A stretch of DNA of 64,000 nt, from NCBI RefSeq assembly GCF_001194135.2, contig NC_068982.1, positions 54,116,683 to 54,180,682 of the forward strand, written 5' to 3'. Numbering within the stretch: the stretch's first letter is position 1; every line of letters begins with the position of its first letter. Under the pieces are notes generated by a model. It saw nothing but the letters and a program-made list of their open reading frames with translations. It searched no databases and had not been told where the DNA came from. Shown one piece after another: positions 25,940 through 38,417 of this stretch. This stretch comes from Octopus bimaculoides (Eukaryota). Both the position numbers and the translations under genes were made by a program.

Positions 25940-26375
25940 ATTCTTTTCCTTATTTCAGTCATATGACTGCGGCTGTGCTGGAGCACCACCTTTAGTCGAA
26001 CAAATCGCCCCAGAACTTATTTTATCTAGTACTTATTTTATCGGTTTCTTTTACCAACCGCTGAGTTACGGGGACGTAAACACACCAAAATCGGTTGCCA
26101 AGTGATGGTGGGGGACAAACACAAACACATACTTACATCTATATATGGGGAAATGGCAAAAATTTGCCCTGTTTATAATTTTAACATATGTTACATATAT
26201 ATGTGTGTGTGTGTATCTACGACGGGCTTCTTTCAGTTTCCGTCTACCAAATCCACTTACTAGGATTTGGTCGGCCTGAGGCTGTAGAAGACACTTGCCC
26301 AAGGTGTCTTCTACAGTGGGACTGAATCCGGAACAATAAGGTTGTAAGCAAGCTACTTACCACATTCCTGCCCCT
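25940..26375 (-). mobile_element. SINE family A, full length
   Basis: Both halves present. Confidence 0.88.
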
Positions 26376-26429
26376 GTTATATATATATATATTTTTTTAT
26401 ATTTTTATTATTTGTATATATTTATTTTA

Positions 26430-26670
26430 TTATAAATGCAAAACAACTCTACGGAAGAATCGACGTAAGGTTAACTAAGGAACCACTATAGATGAACCGT
26501 GATAGATGAACCACAATATGGCTAGGGATTACTGTTCCCTAACTCTTCGAAACGCCAGTGTTTTAATGGTGGCAGCTGATGAAGGATATGTTCTCTATGT
26601 GGCCTGCTTGTTTTTTGTACCTTGTTTATCATTTTGTCCATGTTTTTTTGCAACGTCATGTACCCAGATA
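26430..26670 (+). mobile_element. Penelope-like remnant with hammerhead-like words
   Basis: Between (TA)-rich tracts; contains ttcgaaacgcc and ctgatgaagg...ggcctg. Confidence 0.4.
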
Positions 26671-26767
26671 TGTATCTATATGTACATGTAGATGAAGATG
26701 TACATACATGTACATATATATGCATATACTCATATATTGTTTGCATATATACATACATACATATGTA

Positions 26768-27152
26768 TATTCTTTTACTTGTTTCAGTCATTTGACTGCG
26801 GCCATGCACCGCCTTTAAATGTTTTAATCAGCCCCAGAACTTATTTTTCAAATCTAGTACTTTTTCTATCAAACTCTTTGGCAGAACCGCTAAGTTACAG
26901 AACCGGAAACACATCAGCAGCGGTGATCAAGTGGTGATGGGGGATAAAGGCAAGCACAAAGGCAGACACATAAAACATATACACATGTATGTATATATGG
27001 TAAATGATATATAAACGACGGGCGTCTTTCAATTTCTGCTTACCAAATCCACTAGTGGAAGACGCTTGCCCAATATGCCACGCAGTGGGGCTGAGCCCAG
27101 AACCATGTCGTCGGGAAGCAGGCTTCTTACCAAGCAGCCACTCCTGCGCCTG
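26768..27152 (-). mobile_element. SINE family A, full length, diverged
   Basis: ttttacttgtttcagtcatttgactgcggccatg...aaacgacgggcg...cagccactcctgcgcct. Confidence 0.85.
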
Positions 27153-28065
27153 TCCACACAGCGACGCTTCCTATATTTATATGCATATACATATGTGTGT
27201 GTGTATGTGAGTTTATATGTATTTGTGTGTGTGTGTGTGGGGGGGGGTCTTTACTAACTGCTTGACTAAATTACACATGAAAGTATCAGGCTGTGGTATA
27301 ATATATATTAAGTGACATTATTTCTTGTATGACACGTGGTGATGTAAGACGTCGGCGCGAACCAGTAACTCAGTCATCGTTTAGTATATCGTTTAGTGTT
27401 GATATCTCCAAGCAACGAGGTCTATTTCGTCATCCTAAGAATGAGTGATGACTCGCGCGGTGACTTTAATGAAGTGTATGAGTTGCACGCTGTTAACCTC
27501 ACTCTTTCGTGTGTGACCATTTTCAATTCATTGGCAAGAACACCTCAAGACGTCCGTGAACGGAGACAGATGCACGCGATGACCAAGTTGTCTTATCTAC
27601 CTTATATTACTCTCTGCATTTCACAATGTGTTGATGCAGCCGCCTTCAGCCTCCGTTGGCCTATGAATGTTTCCTCCGCAAAGTCCTCTTAAGCCGTAAT
27701 ATGCTAATTAACCAACTGGAATCCTAACAGGAATTATTACTACTCCGGTGTCAGAGTATATCTGGAAACAATTGTGCCTCAGAGTTGGTTCCAGGACATG
27801 GATTGAGTATAAACACATGAGCGGCAGCAGGTTTTACATGGAAATTTGACGCTATTGCGTTACAAATGAGGTTCCACGGTGGAATTTGAACTACCTAATC
27901 GATTTCATTCAAGATTTACACATACATTACTTAGAGTCCATGGAGTGTCATGGGCCAAAGAAACTTTCAACTTCTTGTTTAATGCGAGGCCGGAGCAATC
28001 TCTTACACTGCTTCGGTATTAGATGTCAAAACTGAAACAATAACATCTCTATTGTAATGTGATAT

Positions 28066-28160
28066 AATAGTTTCACATTTCAATGGTTTCACTTTCAATA
28101 GTTTCAGTTTTAATAGTTTCAATTCGATTAATAATTCGATTAATAATCAAATCGATTTAC
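28066..28160. repeat. Minisatellite, ~15 bp x4 (aatagtttcastttc), plus duplicated attcgattaata
   Basis: Direct reading. Confidence 0.75.
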
Positions 28161-29289
28161 AATTAAATCTATTCAAAAATATAGTCACTCGTTAGGTCTA
28201 AAATAAAATAAGAATAAGAAAATCAATGTACGTATTGTAACTTATAATAAATATCAAATGACGGATCTAGTTTCTTTTCATTCGCAAAATATGCATTTTT
28301 TAAAAGGAAGTAAAAGAAAAATATGAAAATCGGCTCTAATAATGTAGCCTTCCAGTTTCATTGCTTTGAAGGTATGATGTGGTGGAGAAAAAATTGGAGA
28401 AAAATGTTAGAGAGGTTCAAATATCGAAAAGCTGTGTATTTATAGCCAATAACGAGACAGAAATTTTCTGCGTTTAGCGGAGCAGTGTCAACTTTAAGGT
28501 TGTACCCAGTGAAATTAGTAGTTTAGGGTCTGACCTGTTCATTGTAGGTTTCTAAATAAACAGAAATACCTAATAAAATCAACATGTATTATCTTACTTC
28601 TTTTGTCTCTGCATTGATTTTATTTAAAGTTTTTAAAAAATTTGTTATATTAATATGTTTGTCTGTGTGTGTTTACTTTATGCATATTTCTGTATTATGT
28701 ATACCTGTCATTTATTTGTGTACATCATTAATATATAAGTGTGCGTGTATGTGTGTGAAAAGGGGGCGTTTATCTCCAAAACTCCAAAGTTGAGTAACGT
28801 TTTCATGCTTGGATTTGTAAATAAGAATAACACTGGTCAACAAAGACTTTGTCCCAAGGAAAAGGATACCTGTTTCTTATATGTTTTTTGCATGCAGAAT
28901 TAAAAAATGTCCAATTATCTGTATCACCCGCAGTTTATCTGTTCTACGATATCCCTCTCAGTTCCTGTTACGTGGGCTAAATTTAATTTAAGCTGTTGAA
29001 ATGTGAAGCTAACGGTTTAAGAAATACTCCTAATTTATATTTTTATGAACAGAATTAATCTAGTGAAATCATAAATCCAGCTATCTGAGGCAATGTGTCC
29101 CAAAAATATATGAAAATATATGAATTGAAAAATATGTAAAAATACTAACACGCAGAAAAAGTACAGAAAAATATTATATATATATATATNNNNNNNNNNN
29201 NNNNNNNNNNNNNNNNNNNNNNNNNNNNNNNNNNNNNNNNNNNNNNNNNNNNNNNNNNNNNNNNNNNNNNNNNNNNNNNNNNNNNNNTG

Positions 29290-29490
29290 TTTGTGTTAGT
29301 AAGCCACCAACGTTTGACAACCGATGTTGTTGTGTTTGCGTCCCCGTTAGCCAGCGGTTTGGCAAAATACACTGATAGAATAAGTACTAGGCTTACAAAG
29401 AATAAATACTGGGGTCGATTTCTTCGACTAAAGGTGGTGCTTCAGTATAGCCGTAGTCACATGAGTGAAACAAGTAAAGCAATAAAAAAA
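29290..29490 (+). mobile_element. SINE family A, 3' half
   Basis: gatagaataagtactaggcttacaaagaataaatactggggtcgatt. Confidence 0.85.
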
Positions 29491-29499
29491 AACACTATG

Positions 29500-29538
29500 C
29501 CATTTTAATCCCGCGCAACGCCGTGTATCTCTGCTAGT
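29500..29538 (+). mobile_element. Helitron-type 3' terminus
   Basis: GC-rich hairpin cccgcgcaacgccgtg, an 8-nt spacer, then CTAG followed by T. Confidence 0.5.
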
Positions 29539-29762
29539 ATATATATATATATAGATATAGATATATACATATATATATACTGTTTGTTTTTAGGTGGACT
29601 TATAATAAACACAATTTAACATTAATTTAATGGGTTACTCTATGCTTTTGTAGAGTACAAATTTATTATTCTCATGCAAGAATGTTGGGCAGTCCAGCGA
29701 TGGCTTGGCTGGCCGAAACTTCGAAGTCACTAGCAACAGCATTATTGTATTTGAATTATGTG

Positions 29763-29797
<35 letters not shown>

Positions 29798-30829
29798 GTG
29801 AGAGATAGAAAGAGAGAGAGAGGAAACAAGTGATAACATGAAAAGAGATGATATTAGTGCTGCAGCAAATAGAAACAGACAAAAATAAAATAAAACAAGG
29901 AATGGGATATTGAGAAAGAGACCACTGGAACTGTCTGGAGTTGACAGTTGTGTGGAGGTCAGGATGACATTGCAATATTCAACAGTCAAAGCAAACAAGA
30001 AGAACATCAACCACAGCAACAGCTTCGTATGTACTGCAGGTGGAGAGCAGAAAGAGAGAGGAAGAGAGAGAGAAGGAGGAGAGAGAGAGGGAGGAAGAGA
30101 GGGCAGGTATCTAACATTCAGTCAGGGGGAAGAAAGAAACACATAAAGCAGAGCAATGAGCAATTTTAAGTAGTGAGCCCCTTCCACTTGTGCCGGGTAG
30201 GGTGGTTTTAATGTTGGCAAGAGCGGGGCGCTGATTTTTACAAGCAGTGGAGGCGAGGGTTAGGGAGAAACAGAGAGAAAGAGAGACAGACAGACAGACT
30301 GACAGACAGACAGAAAGAGAGAGAGGATGGGTGCATTGCATAGGAAGCTGACTGAGTTAGTGTTGGTGTATGGCTGCCGGGCTTGTGTGTCAGGAGGTGG
30401 TGGGGTTTTGGTATAATTGAGGTGGTTGCAATGGTTTCAACAACAGACACGCACTCACATGCATGAGCACGTACACACACACACACACATTAACAGTAAC
30501 ACACTAACACCAACACACATGCACACACATATACACATACACAATTACACATATGTAAACATCCACGTGTGTATATGTGTATGTATAGGGATCTATGTAT
30601 GTGTGTGTTTATGTTTGCGCATATGCACTTTTAAGCTACATGTGATCATGTTCATTATATATACACATATATCTGTGTGTGTGTGTGTATGCGTGTGTGT
30701 GTGTGCGCGCGCCTCTGTGTGTGTATTCACGTTTATGTGTATGGTACGTGTGTATGCACTTTTAAATTAAATGCGGACGAATATATATGTGCTTATATGC
30801 ACTTTAAAATGAACACATTCGCAAATGCG

Positions 30830-30860
<31 letters not shown>

Positions 30861-30964
30861 ATATATATCTACATATATATACATATATATATACATATAT
30901 ATATATATATACACACCACACGCACATACATAAATATATGTGCCTGTACATATTATACAAATAA

Positions 30965-31002
<38 letters not shown>

Positions 31003-31434
31003 ATGTGAGTGTGTGTGCATGTCTATACAGGCATACATGCATAAAGAAAAGTACATTTGGTTCAAATGCGCATAAATTATATTCATACAAGCAGACATTC
31101 AGACATTGAGTCATATTACATACTCTCACGACGTACATATTCTCACAGCGTCCACAACCACACATAACTACAAACACACACATACACACACACAAACACA
31201 CACATACACACGCACATTCATACACGCAACACACATACACAGCACTCATAATTTATTTCGTGCATTATTGGTCTTGTCTGTGTCTGAATCAAGAAGGATC
31301 ACCTGCTCTAGTCTTTTCAGTCATATTTTGGGGGACATTATGGCGGGCACTGGTGTAGGGAGGTGTTCTGGTTGAAGTGTATTCGGGTGTCGATCGTTTG
31401 TCTCATTATTTTGTGAAATTTGACCATTTTCCTT

Positions 31435-31880
31435 TATCTCTTCCTTGTTTCAGTTATTGGATTGGACTGTGGCCATGCTAGGGTACCGCGTTGAAAAGTT
31501 TAGCCGAAAAATAAAAATCGACACTAGTACTTAGCTTTAAATCTAGTGCTTATTCTATCGGTTTCTCTCTTGCCGAAGCGTTTAGGGTTCCGTAGACATA
31601 AACAAACCAACACTGGTTCTCAAGCGGTAGTGCAGGACAGACAGAAACACAGAGGCATGGATATATATATACATAGATACATATACACACATATACATGC
31701 AAAGATGCATAAATACACGCATGCACGCGCACATACACATACACACATACGACAGTCTTCCATATCAAATTCACTCCCAAGAAATTAGACGGGCCTGGAT
31801 ATATTGTAGAACTTGCCCAAGCTGCCTCGCTTTGGGACAGAACCCAAAACCACGTGGTTACAAATCGAGCTTCTTAATCA
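31435..31880 (-). mobile_element. SINE family A, diverged
   Basis: ttgtttcagttattggattggactgtggccatgct...ctatcggtttctc...acttgcccaag. Confidence 0.7.
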
Positions 31881-32123
31881 CACAAATATGCCTGCTCTGT
31901 CTAAATATTTATGAGATCATTTCTTCTTTGATTTCTTTCTGGAATAATGTTGAATAAAGCTGTAGCAGTTGAGAGAAAAGGTCGTACATAATAATATAAA
32001 GTAAGCTTAATTTTTGTGTAGGATGTATGGCACAGAGTAGTTTTTGAACTTGGATGATTTGTGGGCATAATACCGGCATTGCTTTGACAATGTCAATGGA
32101 ATACTTTGCACTAGACATGGATG

Positions 32124-32510
32124 AGTGGAGGTACAATGGCCCAGTGGTTAGGGCAGCGGCTCGTGGTCATAGAATCGCGGTTTCGATTCCCAGACCGGGC
32201 GTTGTGAGTGTTTATTGAGCGAAAACACCTAAAGCTCCATGAGGCTCCGGCAGGGGATGGTGGCGAACCCTGCTGTACTCCTTCACCACAACTTTCTCTC
32301 ACTCTTACTTTCTGTTTCTGTTGTGCCTGTAATTCAAAGGGCCAGCCTTGTCACTCTGTGTCACGCAGAATCTCCCCGAGAACTACGTTAAGGGTACACG
32401 TGTCTCTGGAGTGCTCAGCCACTTGCACGTTAATTTCACGAGCAAGCTGTTCCGTTGATCGGATCGACTGGAACCTTCGACGTCGTAAGCGACGGAGTGC
32501 CAACAACAAC
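32124..32510 (+). mobile_element. SINE family C (tRNA-Arg-like head, (CAA)n tail; resembles octopus OR-type SINEs)
   Basis: A box tggcccagtgg, B box ggtttcgattcc, gccaacaacaac tail; 11-bp TSD agacatggatg at 32113-32123 and 32511-32521. Confidence 0.92.
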
Positions 32511-32811
32511 AGACATGGATGTGTTTGTGCTTGTCCCCATCCCGCCGCAATACAACGGGTGATGGTTTGTTTATATCTTTTAAACGTAGAAGTTCGGCCA
32601 AAGTGACTGATGGAATAGGTACCAGACTTTAAACAAATATAAACACTGAGCTCAACTAAACTCTTCAGCGTACTCGCGGTTCAGTGACAGGAACAAGTAA
32701 ACGTTAAAAACATTAAGATTGCAGAAATGATGGGAGCGATACAGTGGTGTTAGGGAGATAGAACTTGAGCTTCTTGAGACCATCCTTGAAATCAAAGCCT
32801 GGTGTTTATGA

Positions 32812-33160
32812 TTGACAGAGCCGCTAGTACGCCGTATGAAATGCTTAGTGGCATTTTGTCCGACTTTACATTCTGAGTTTAAATTTTGCCAAGGTTGACT
32901 TTGCTTTTCATCATTTCGGAGTCGATAAAATAAGTAGCGATCGAGCACTGGAGGGGGGGTCTATGTAATCGACTAGCTCCCTCCTGCTGACCTGGCAGAA
33001 TTGTTAGCACAGCAGACAAAATACTTAGAGGGCATTTCTTCCGGATTTTTACTTTCAGAGGTCAATTGCCGTTATAGTCAGCTTTGCCTGTCATCCTTTC
33101 AGGTCCAATTTAAATAAGTACTTGCCAACCTGCTCCAAAAATTGCTGGCCATTAGTCAGT
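32812..33160 (+). mobile_element. Two tandem SINE family B copies
   Basis: aaatgcttagtggcattt...aaggttgactttgcttttcatc... repeated from ctggcagaattgttagcac at ~32992. Confidence 0.75.
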
Positions 33161-33234
33161 CTTCTTCTTCTCCTCCTCTTCTTCTCCTCTTCTCCTCTTC
33201 TTCTCCTTCTCCTTCTTCTTCTTCTTCGATTCCG

Positions 33235-34070
33235 TCTTCCACTTCGCCATACTTTTTCCAAGCAACATTTTTTCAACATTCGATGCAATACCAAATAGGT
33301 TTATATATTCCATAATCCAAGAATGTGGAATCATATCATACGCCTTACGATAATCGACCCATGATATGGGTAAGTTAGTTTTCCTCCTCTTGCAGTCTCT
33401 AAGTACATTCTTGTCTACCAGGAGTTGATCCTTGGTACCTCTGCACTTATTCTTACAACCCTTCTGCTCATGTGGCAGGACTCCATTTTTTCCAGATCTC
33501 CGTACATTGACTCTGCGAATATTCTAGTCAATAATTTCTACATAAGCGTCCAGCAGGATATCGGCCCGTAATTGTCTAACGTACTACCTTTTTCGATGTT
33601 TTTTCAAGCACAGAACTGTTCTATCTATTGTCAACCACTTTGGTGTTATTTGGTCGGCATTTAACAAGGTGTTGACTTGTGTAGCTTTTCGTGCATGACA
33701 CTCGCCAAATCTTTTGATCCAGTAGCCTTGAACTCCATCTGGTCCCGGGACCTTCCACTTGCCCAATTTTTTGCTGATTGCCTTCACTTCCCTGACTGGA
33801 ATGACTAGTTCTGTCTGTTTTGGACAGAGTACTGTTTGTTTCAGTTCTTACAACCATTCAGCATCCTTCTTGTGCTCCTTGTCTTTGTTCCAGATGTCAC
33901 ACCAAAATCTTTGACTTTCAATATTATCTGGCATCCACTTTCCATCTGTACACTCTCCATTTATTTCTTTGTGTAATCTCTTCTGGTCAACTCTAAATAA
34001 CCTATTCTGCTGGCATCCCTTTATTCTTTGGTCGTATCTTACCATCTTTGCTTTCTTTGCAACGAGGCGC

Positions 34071-34073
<3 letters not shown>
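33235..34073 (-). pseudogene. R4/Dong-clade non-LTR retrotransposon RT fragment
   Basis: RYDQRI...QQNRLFRVDQK; KWKVPGPDGVQGYWIK; PHEQKGC...[11 protein letters not shown]...[15 protein letters not shown]; several stops and frameshifts. Confidence 0.9.

Positions 34074-34129
<56 letters not shown>
34074..34129. repeat. (TAA)n tract at the 5' boundary of the Dong fragment
   Basis: Direct reading. Confidence 0.95.
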
Positions 34130-34130
<1 letters not shown>

Positions 34131-34574
34131 GATGTTGTAATTTACTTCTTGGATACTTCAACTCTCATAAAGTTTGTTTGGTATAGGACGACTGCAATGT
34201 GTAACAATTTTCAAACAAACGCGAAGAATAGATAAATGATGATTTCAGCAAAGTGGTAGGTTCTATGGACCCAAGAACACATACTGCAAGCCCTATCGAC
34301 TTTATTGCTCATCTATGCACTTCAGCTTACATAATACTTGATGCTACGAACGACGAACATATGGATGTTTAAGTGAAATCTTTACTCCAAAATGGTTGAG
34401 CTCAATGCTTTGTGTGTGAATGTGCGCGCGCGCGTATGTATGTGTATATATAGCTCAATTAAAGGTTAAAAACCTCATTAAGGGATAGTAAAATGCAATG
34501 AACTCGTTTATTACCTATTACAAAAAGTATTGAATATTACATTTAGTATTCAACTGTAAGGTAATTGGATATAT

Positions 34575-34760
34575 ATATATATATATATTTTAAATAAGAA
34601 AACAGAGATAATTAAATTAATAATGATTATTTATTAATTACAAAATTGGACATCATCACTGACAGATGTTTCGATTCAAGATTCTAGAAATTAATTAGTA
34701 TAATTAAAAACATTTTAAAGTTGAATCTCACCGGAGGCGGAAAAAGATATACACTTACAT
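34575..34760 (-). mobile_element. Penelope-like remnant with hammerhead-like fold
   Basis: Minus strand ccggtga-gattcaa[long loop]ttgaatc-gaa-acatc-tgtcagtgat-gatgt-c; stems II and III and a GUC triplet are present, stem I does not pair. Confidence 0.45.
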
Positions 34761-34828
34761 TTTCATATTGTGTGTTGAGTGTGGGGAGCAAATCCACTAA
34801 CTAATAAATGTTTTGTAGAAAGAATATA

Positions 34829-34878
<50 letters not shown>

Positions 34879-34974
34879 CACACATATACAGACTCGCATA
34901 GTGTGTGTATATGCATGTATAGACACACACATACACTCACACCCACACACGCGTATATATATATATGTATATAT

Positions 34975-37110
34975 AAGACATGAAAGTACAGGAAGAAAAA
35001 GAGCCTTTGACAAATAACGTATTAACTTAACGCTTTCGCCTAAAGAAAAAGTGTATTAATGTTTCGGATGTTAGTTCTTCACCGAAAGAAAGGAGAAAAA
35101 CGTTGGAGGGTGAGGAGAACAAATAGTCAGTGAAAAACAGTGAAGTGTTAAGAACTAGGTGGGAAAGTGTTCTATGGGAGGACTTAATAAAGGGATGTGG
35201 CTGTGTGTGTGGATGCAAGTATATGAGTACAGTAATCCCTCGCCATATCGCTGTTCACCTATCGTGGTTCACCTATCGCGGTTCACTTATCGTGGTTTAT
35301 TATTCAATCTTACGTCGATTCGTCTGTGGTTTTGTTTTGCATTTATAATACAATAATTATATACAAATTATAAAAATTAAAAAAAAATATACAGTACAGT
35401 TTTTACTTCGTGGATTTTCACCTATCGCGGGGATTTTGAAACGTAGCACCTGCGATAATTGAGGGATTACTGTATATTTCTATCTAGAAGCGAGTATAAT
35501 TAAAATAATGGAGTGTCTAGTAGTAGAGTGGTATCTGTTAGTGGAGCTATGGGTGTTGGTACGCGCGAATAATCTTGAGGTAGGTCGTGCTTGTTTTGAA
35601 GAGGAGAGATCCTGTGTGAGTGTGACGTAATAAAATTATTGATGAGGCTCGTGGATTGGCAAGAGTAAGATAGAATTGTGTTATTGATATGCGTGCAAGA
35701 GTTTAAGAAAAGTGCGTAGGGATATGAAGGCGTTTCTTTTAACAAAGGGGGAAGGTTTAAATTAAAATTTCAAAATGAGAGAAAAATGTATGAATTCTCC
35801 GAAGAGAAGGAAAGTTAGTGAAATTGGTAAAAACTACACAACAAATGGGAAAGGCTTGGCAATTTTGATAGAGTAAATCAATAGATGGTGAGAAAACAGT
35901 AAAATCCTCATAGAAGAAATAACTGTGATCAAAAAGTTATTAAGATCAGCAGAGAAGACATAAGATGAAGAACAGGCGAACAGCCAGACGTAACGTGCTT
36001 CCGTTTCCTCTGAAGGTGAGTAGTGGAGGATCTGCTGTTGGAGTCCAAGATGAAAACTGTGAAGTAAGCAGATTTGAAGTGTCGAAAGATAAGTGAGGTG
36101 CTCCATAAACCTGTCTCTAACGTAGAAGGTACAACGGTTGAGTACGATGAGCGTAGTGAGTGGAACTGGAAGGAAAAAGATTTGTGCATTGATGGGGACA
36201 AGATAAGAAAAGAGATCCAGGTGAATGACGTGTCTGTGGAACACAAAGCTGTTAAGAAGGCGGCTTCACGAAGTACGAGAAGCAGTAAAGAAAGGAATAG
36301 TTGGGAGTGAAAAGAAAGTGATGTGATGGAACAGATTGGAGACAGCGGAAGAAGTGCGAGATGGTAAGTTGTAGGGGTAGGTAGTGGGATAGTAAGAGAG
36401 GGAAAGGGAGCTTGGTGGATTGGGTTCCAAATGAGGATCAACGGCACAGGCGTTAAAAAGGGCAGCTTGGATAAAGATGGGTGAGTTACTACGTCAAATG
36501 AATCGACTGACTACGAGATGATTTGGGGGTCTCAATTTATGACGGGAGTTACAGAGACAGCGGGGACGAAGGACCTGGGAATAGAAGACGATACGCTTGG
36601 TGTGGATGTGTTAGGAGGAGCCAAATAAAGGTCAGTGTGCAAGTCACTGCGTTTGTTGAAAACAAAAGTAGAGACGGTGAACGTTAAATGGTCGAGAGAG
36701 ACAGAAATTTTAAGGAAGTTTAAGGTACTGCATATGGAGGACTTAAAATTGAGAGAAGGGTGGAAGATGAAAGAGTTTAGCTCCTCACAGCAGAGAGAGG
36801 AGACGCAAATACGGTCATAAATGCAACGTATAACACTGGGATGGAAGCAGTGACCTGGAAAAAGATTTGGACACAATGTAGTCATCGAATAAGTTGGCTT
36901 AGTAGGGGTCCATTTTCGTTCCCATGTTCACCCCAATGACATCTTTCATAGAACTTGCTAACGAAATAGGAACAATTTTAGATGAAAACAACCTCCACCA
37001 GACGGAGTAGAGTTGTGGTACTAGGATAAAGTGTGGTGCAGTTAGTAAGAGATGGAAAGGAGGCTCGGTGGTAGATTTATAGTCGCATATGACAGTCATA
37101 GAACAATGAT
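34975..37110 (-). mobile_element. Decayed Penelope-like element (RT + GIY-YIG), Neptune-like
   Basis: GVNMGTKMDPY (RT4); IYDRI...FHPSLNF..LNFLKISV...SIPRS (RT5-7); RDRFMEHL (GIY-YIG region); terminal cggtgaagaactaacatccgaaac at 35061-35084; starts at (TA)n. Confidence 0.8.
35230..35472. mobile_element. 243-bp Tc1/mariner-superfamily (Tigger-type) MITE
   Basis: TIR cagtaatccctc...atcgc at both ends; TA TSD at 35228-35229 and 35473-35474; internal 14-bp repeat ttcacctatcgcgg x3-4. Confidence 0.9.
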
Positions 37111-37759
37111 TGCGGGAAAACATTCAGCAATCATTGCTCGGATCAGATTAGATAAACTCCTTCACAAAGGAATTAATCTGATTACATATATAAAATGTGC
37201 ATTCAATATATATATACATAAATATCACAAATGACATTTGCAAACTTATGAGAAAAGATGCTTCACTAGAAATGAATGCTTTCAAAAGAAAATCAGCAAC
37301 ACAATGATTATATATATATCATTGTATCTACCAGTTTATAGGATGTTGTTAAACATCACTAGTCACAATGCGCTTTCACTTCTTTCTTGAGTGTGCTATT
37401 CTTTTTCGTGTTGACCCCAATTGTTTCACTAAATCATCTTTCCATTGTCGTAGTGGCTTCCGAGTAGCCTGTTGTCTGTGAACCTTGCGACATACCTGGA
37501 ACAACGGAACCTGTGCTTACCTGTGCTTTCGGTAGTCTGCGATCATGTCGTTCACTCCTCCCTGTTCTCGATTTACCTCATTTCAGATATCCTCTCGCAA
37601 CGATATTGCTAGCATGGATCATTCCGTGGCATTTTTGCGTCGTAGCCAACCGATGTTCTAATCTCTCCGAAGTAACCCACCTCGGACCTCGCCAATCTCC
37701 CCATAAATTTGCACATTCTCAACTATAAAGCGCTCATAAACACTCATCATTTCCTTATT

Positions 37760-38330
37760 TTCAAAGGATGCATGTAAAAAGAACAGAACAGCAAAACAAC
37801 TAAACTCCTTTTATATCCTAAACAATCCATGCCAATTCAATACCTAGTCAAGCACACTACAACAACAACGCTAACCCAGACATCACATTCTATCTATCTG
37901 TCTACAAGAAACAAGCAAACAATTCGCCAACTTCAAGCAGATCACTACAACATGCTCATTCGTCAATGCAAAATGCAAATGCCCTTTTATAAGCGACACA
38001 ATAGAAAGAGTTTCACGACGAAAAGTATCAAGGATTTCATAATTCAACAACACAAAAGTCAGTAACATACACTGCAACGCTAAAATAATACTTAACAAAA
38101 CAATTACCGACGCCCCATAGTATGCATGCAAAAAAAGCTTACCACAAGGCAACATAAAATAATACAACCCCATTACACGCCAAAAATTACCAACGTCATA
38201 AAAAAACAAAGGCAGCCAAAAATATATTACACAAAAGCCACACCCAACCGGAACGGAACTCAGCATCAAACATCTAAACAAGGGAATAATATATGTATGT
38301 ATATATATGTGTGTATACACATACGTATAC

Positions 38331-38370
<40 letters not shown>

Positions 38371-38380
38371 NNNNNNNNNN

Positions 38381-38417
<37 letters not shown>

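Noticed and set aside
26520-26600. Permuted (type II) hammerhead: gaaac...ctgatga
   Set aside because: Stems I and III cannot both form with a valid NUH triplet; better read as remnants of tandem degenerate motifs.
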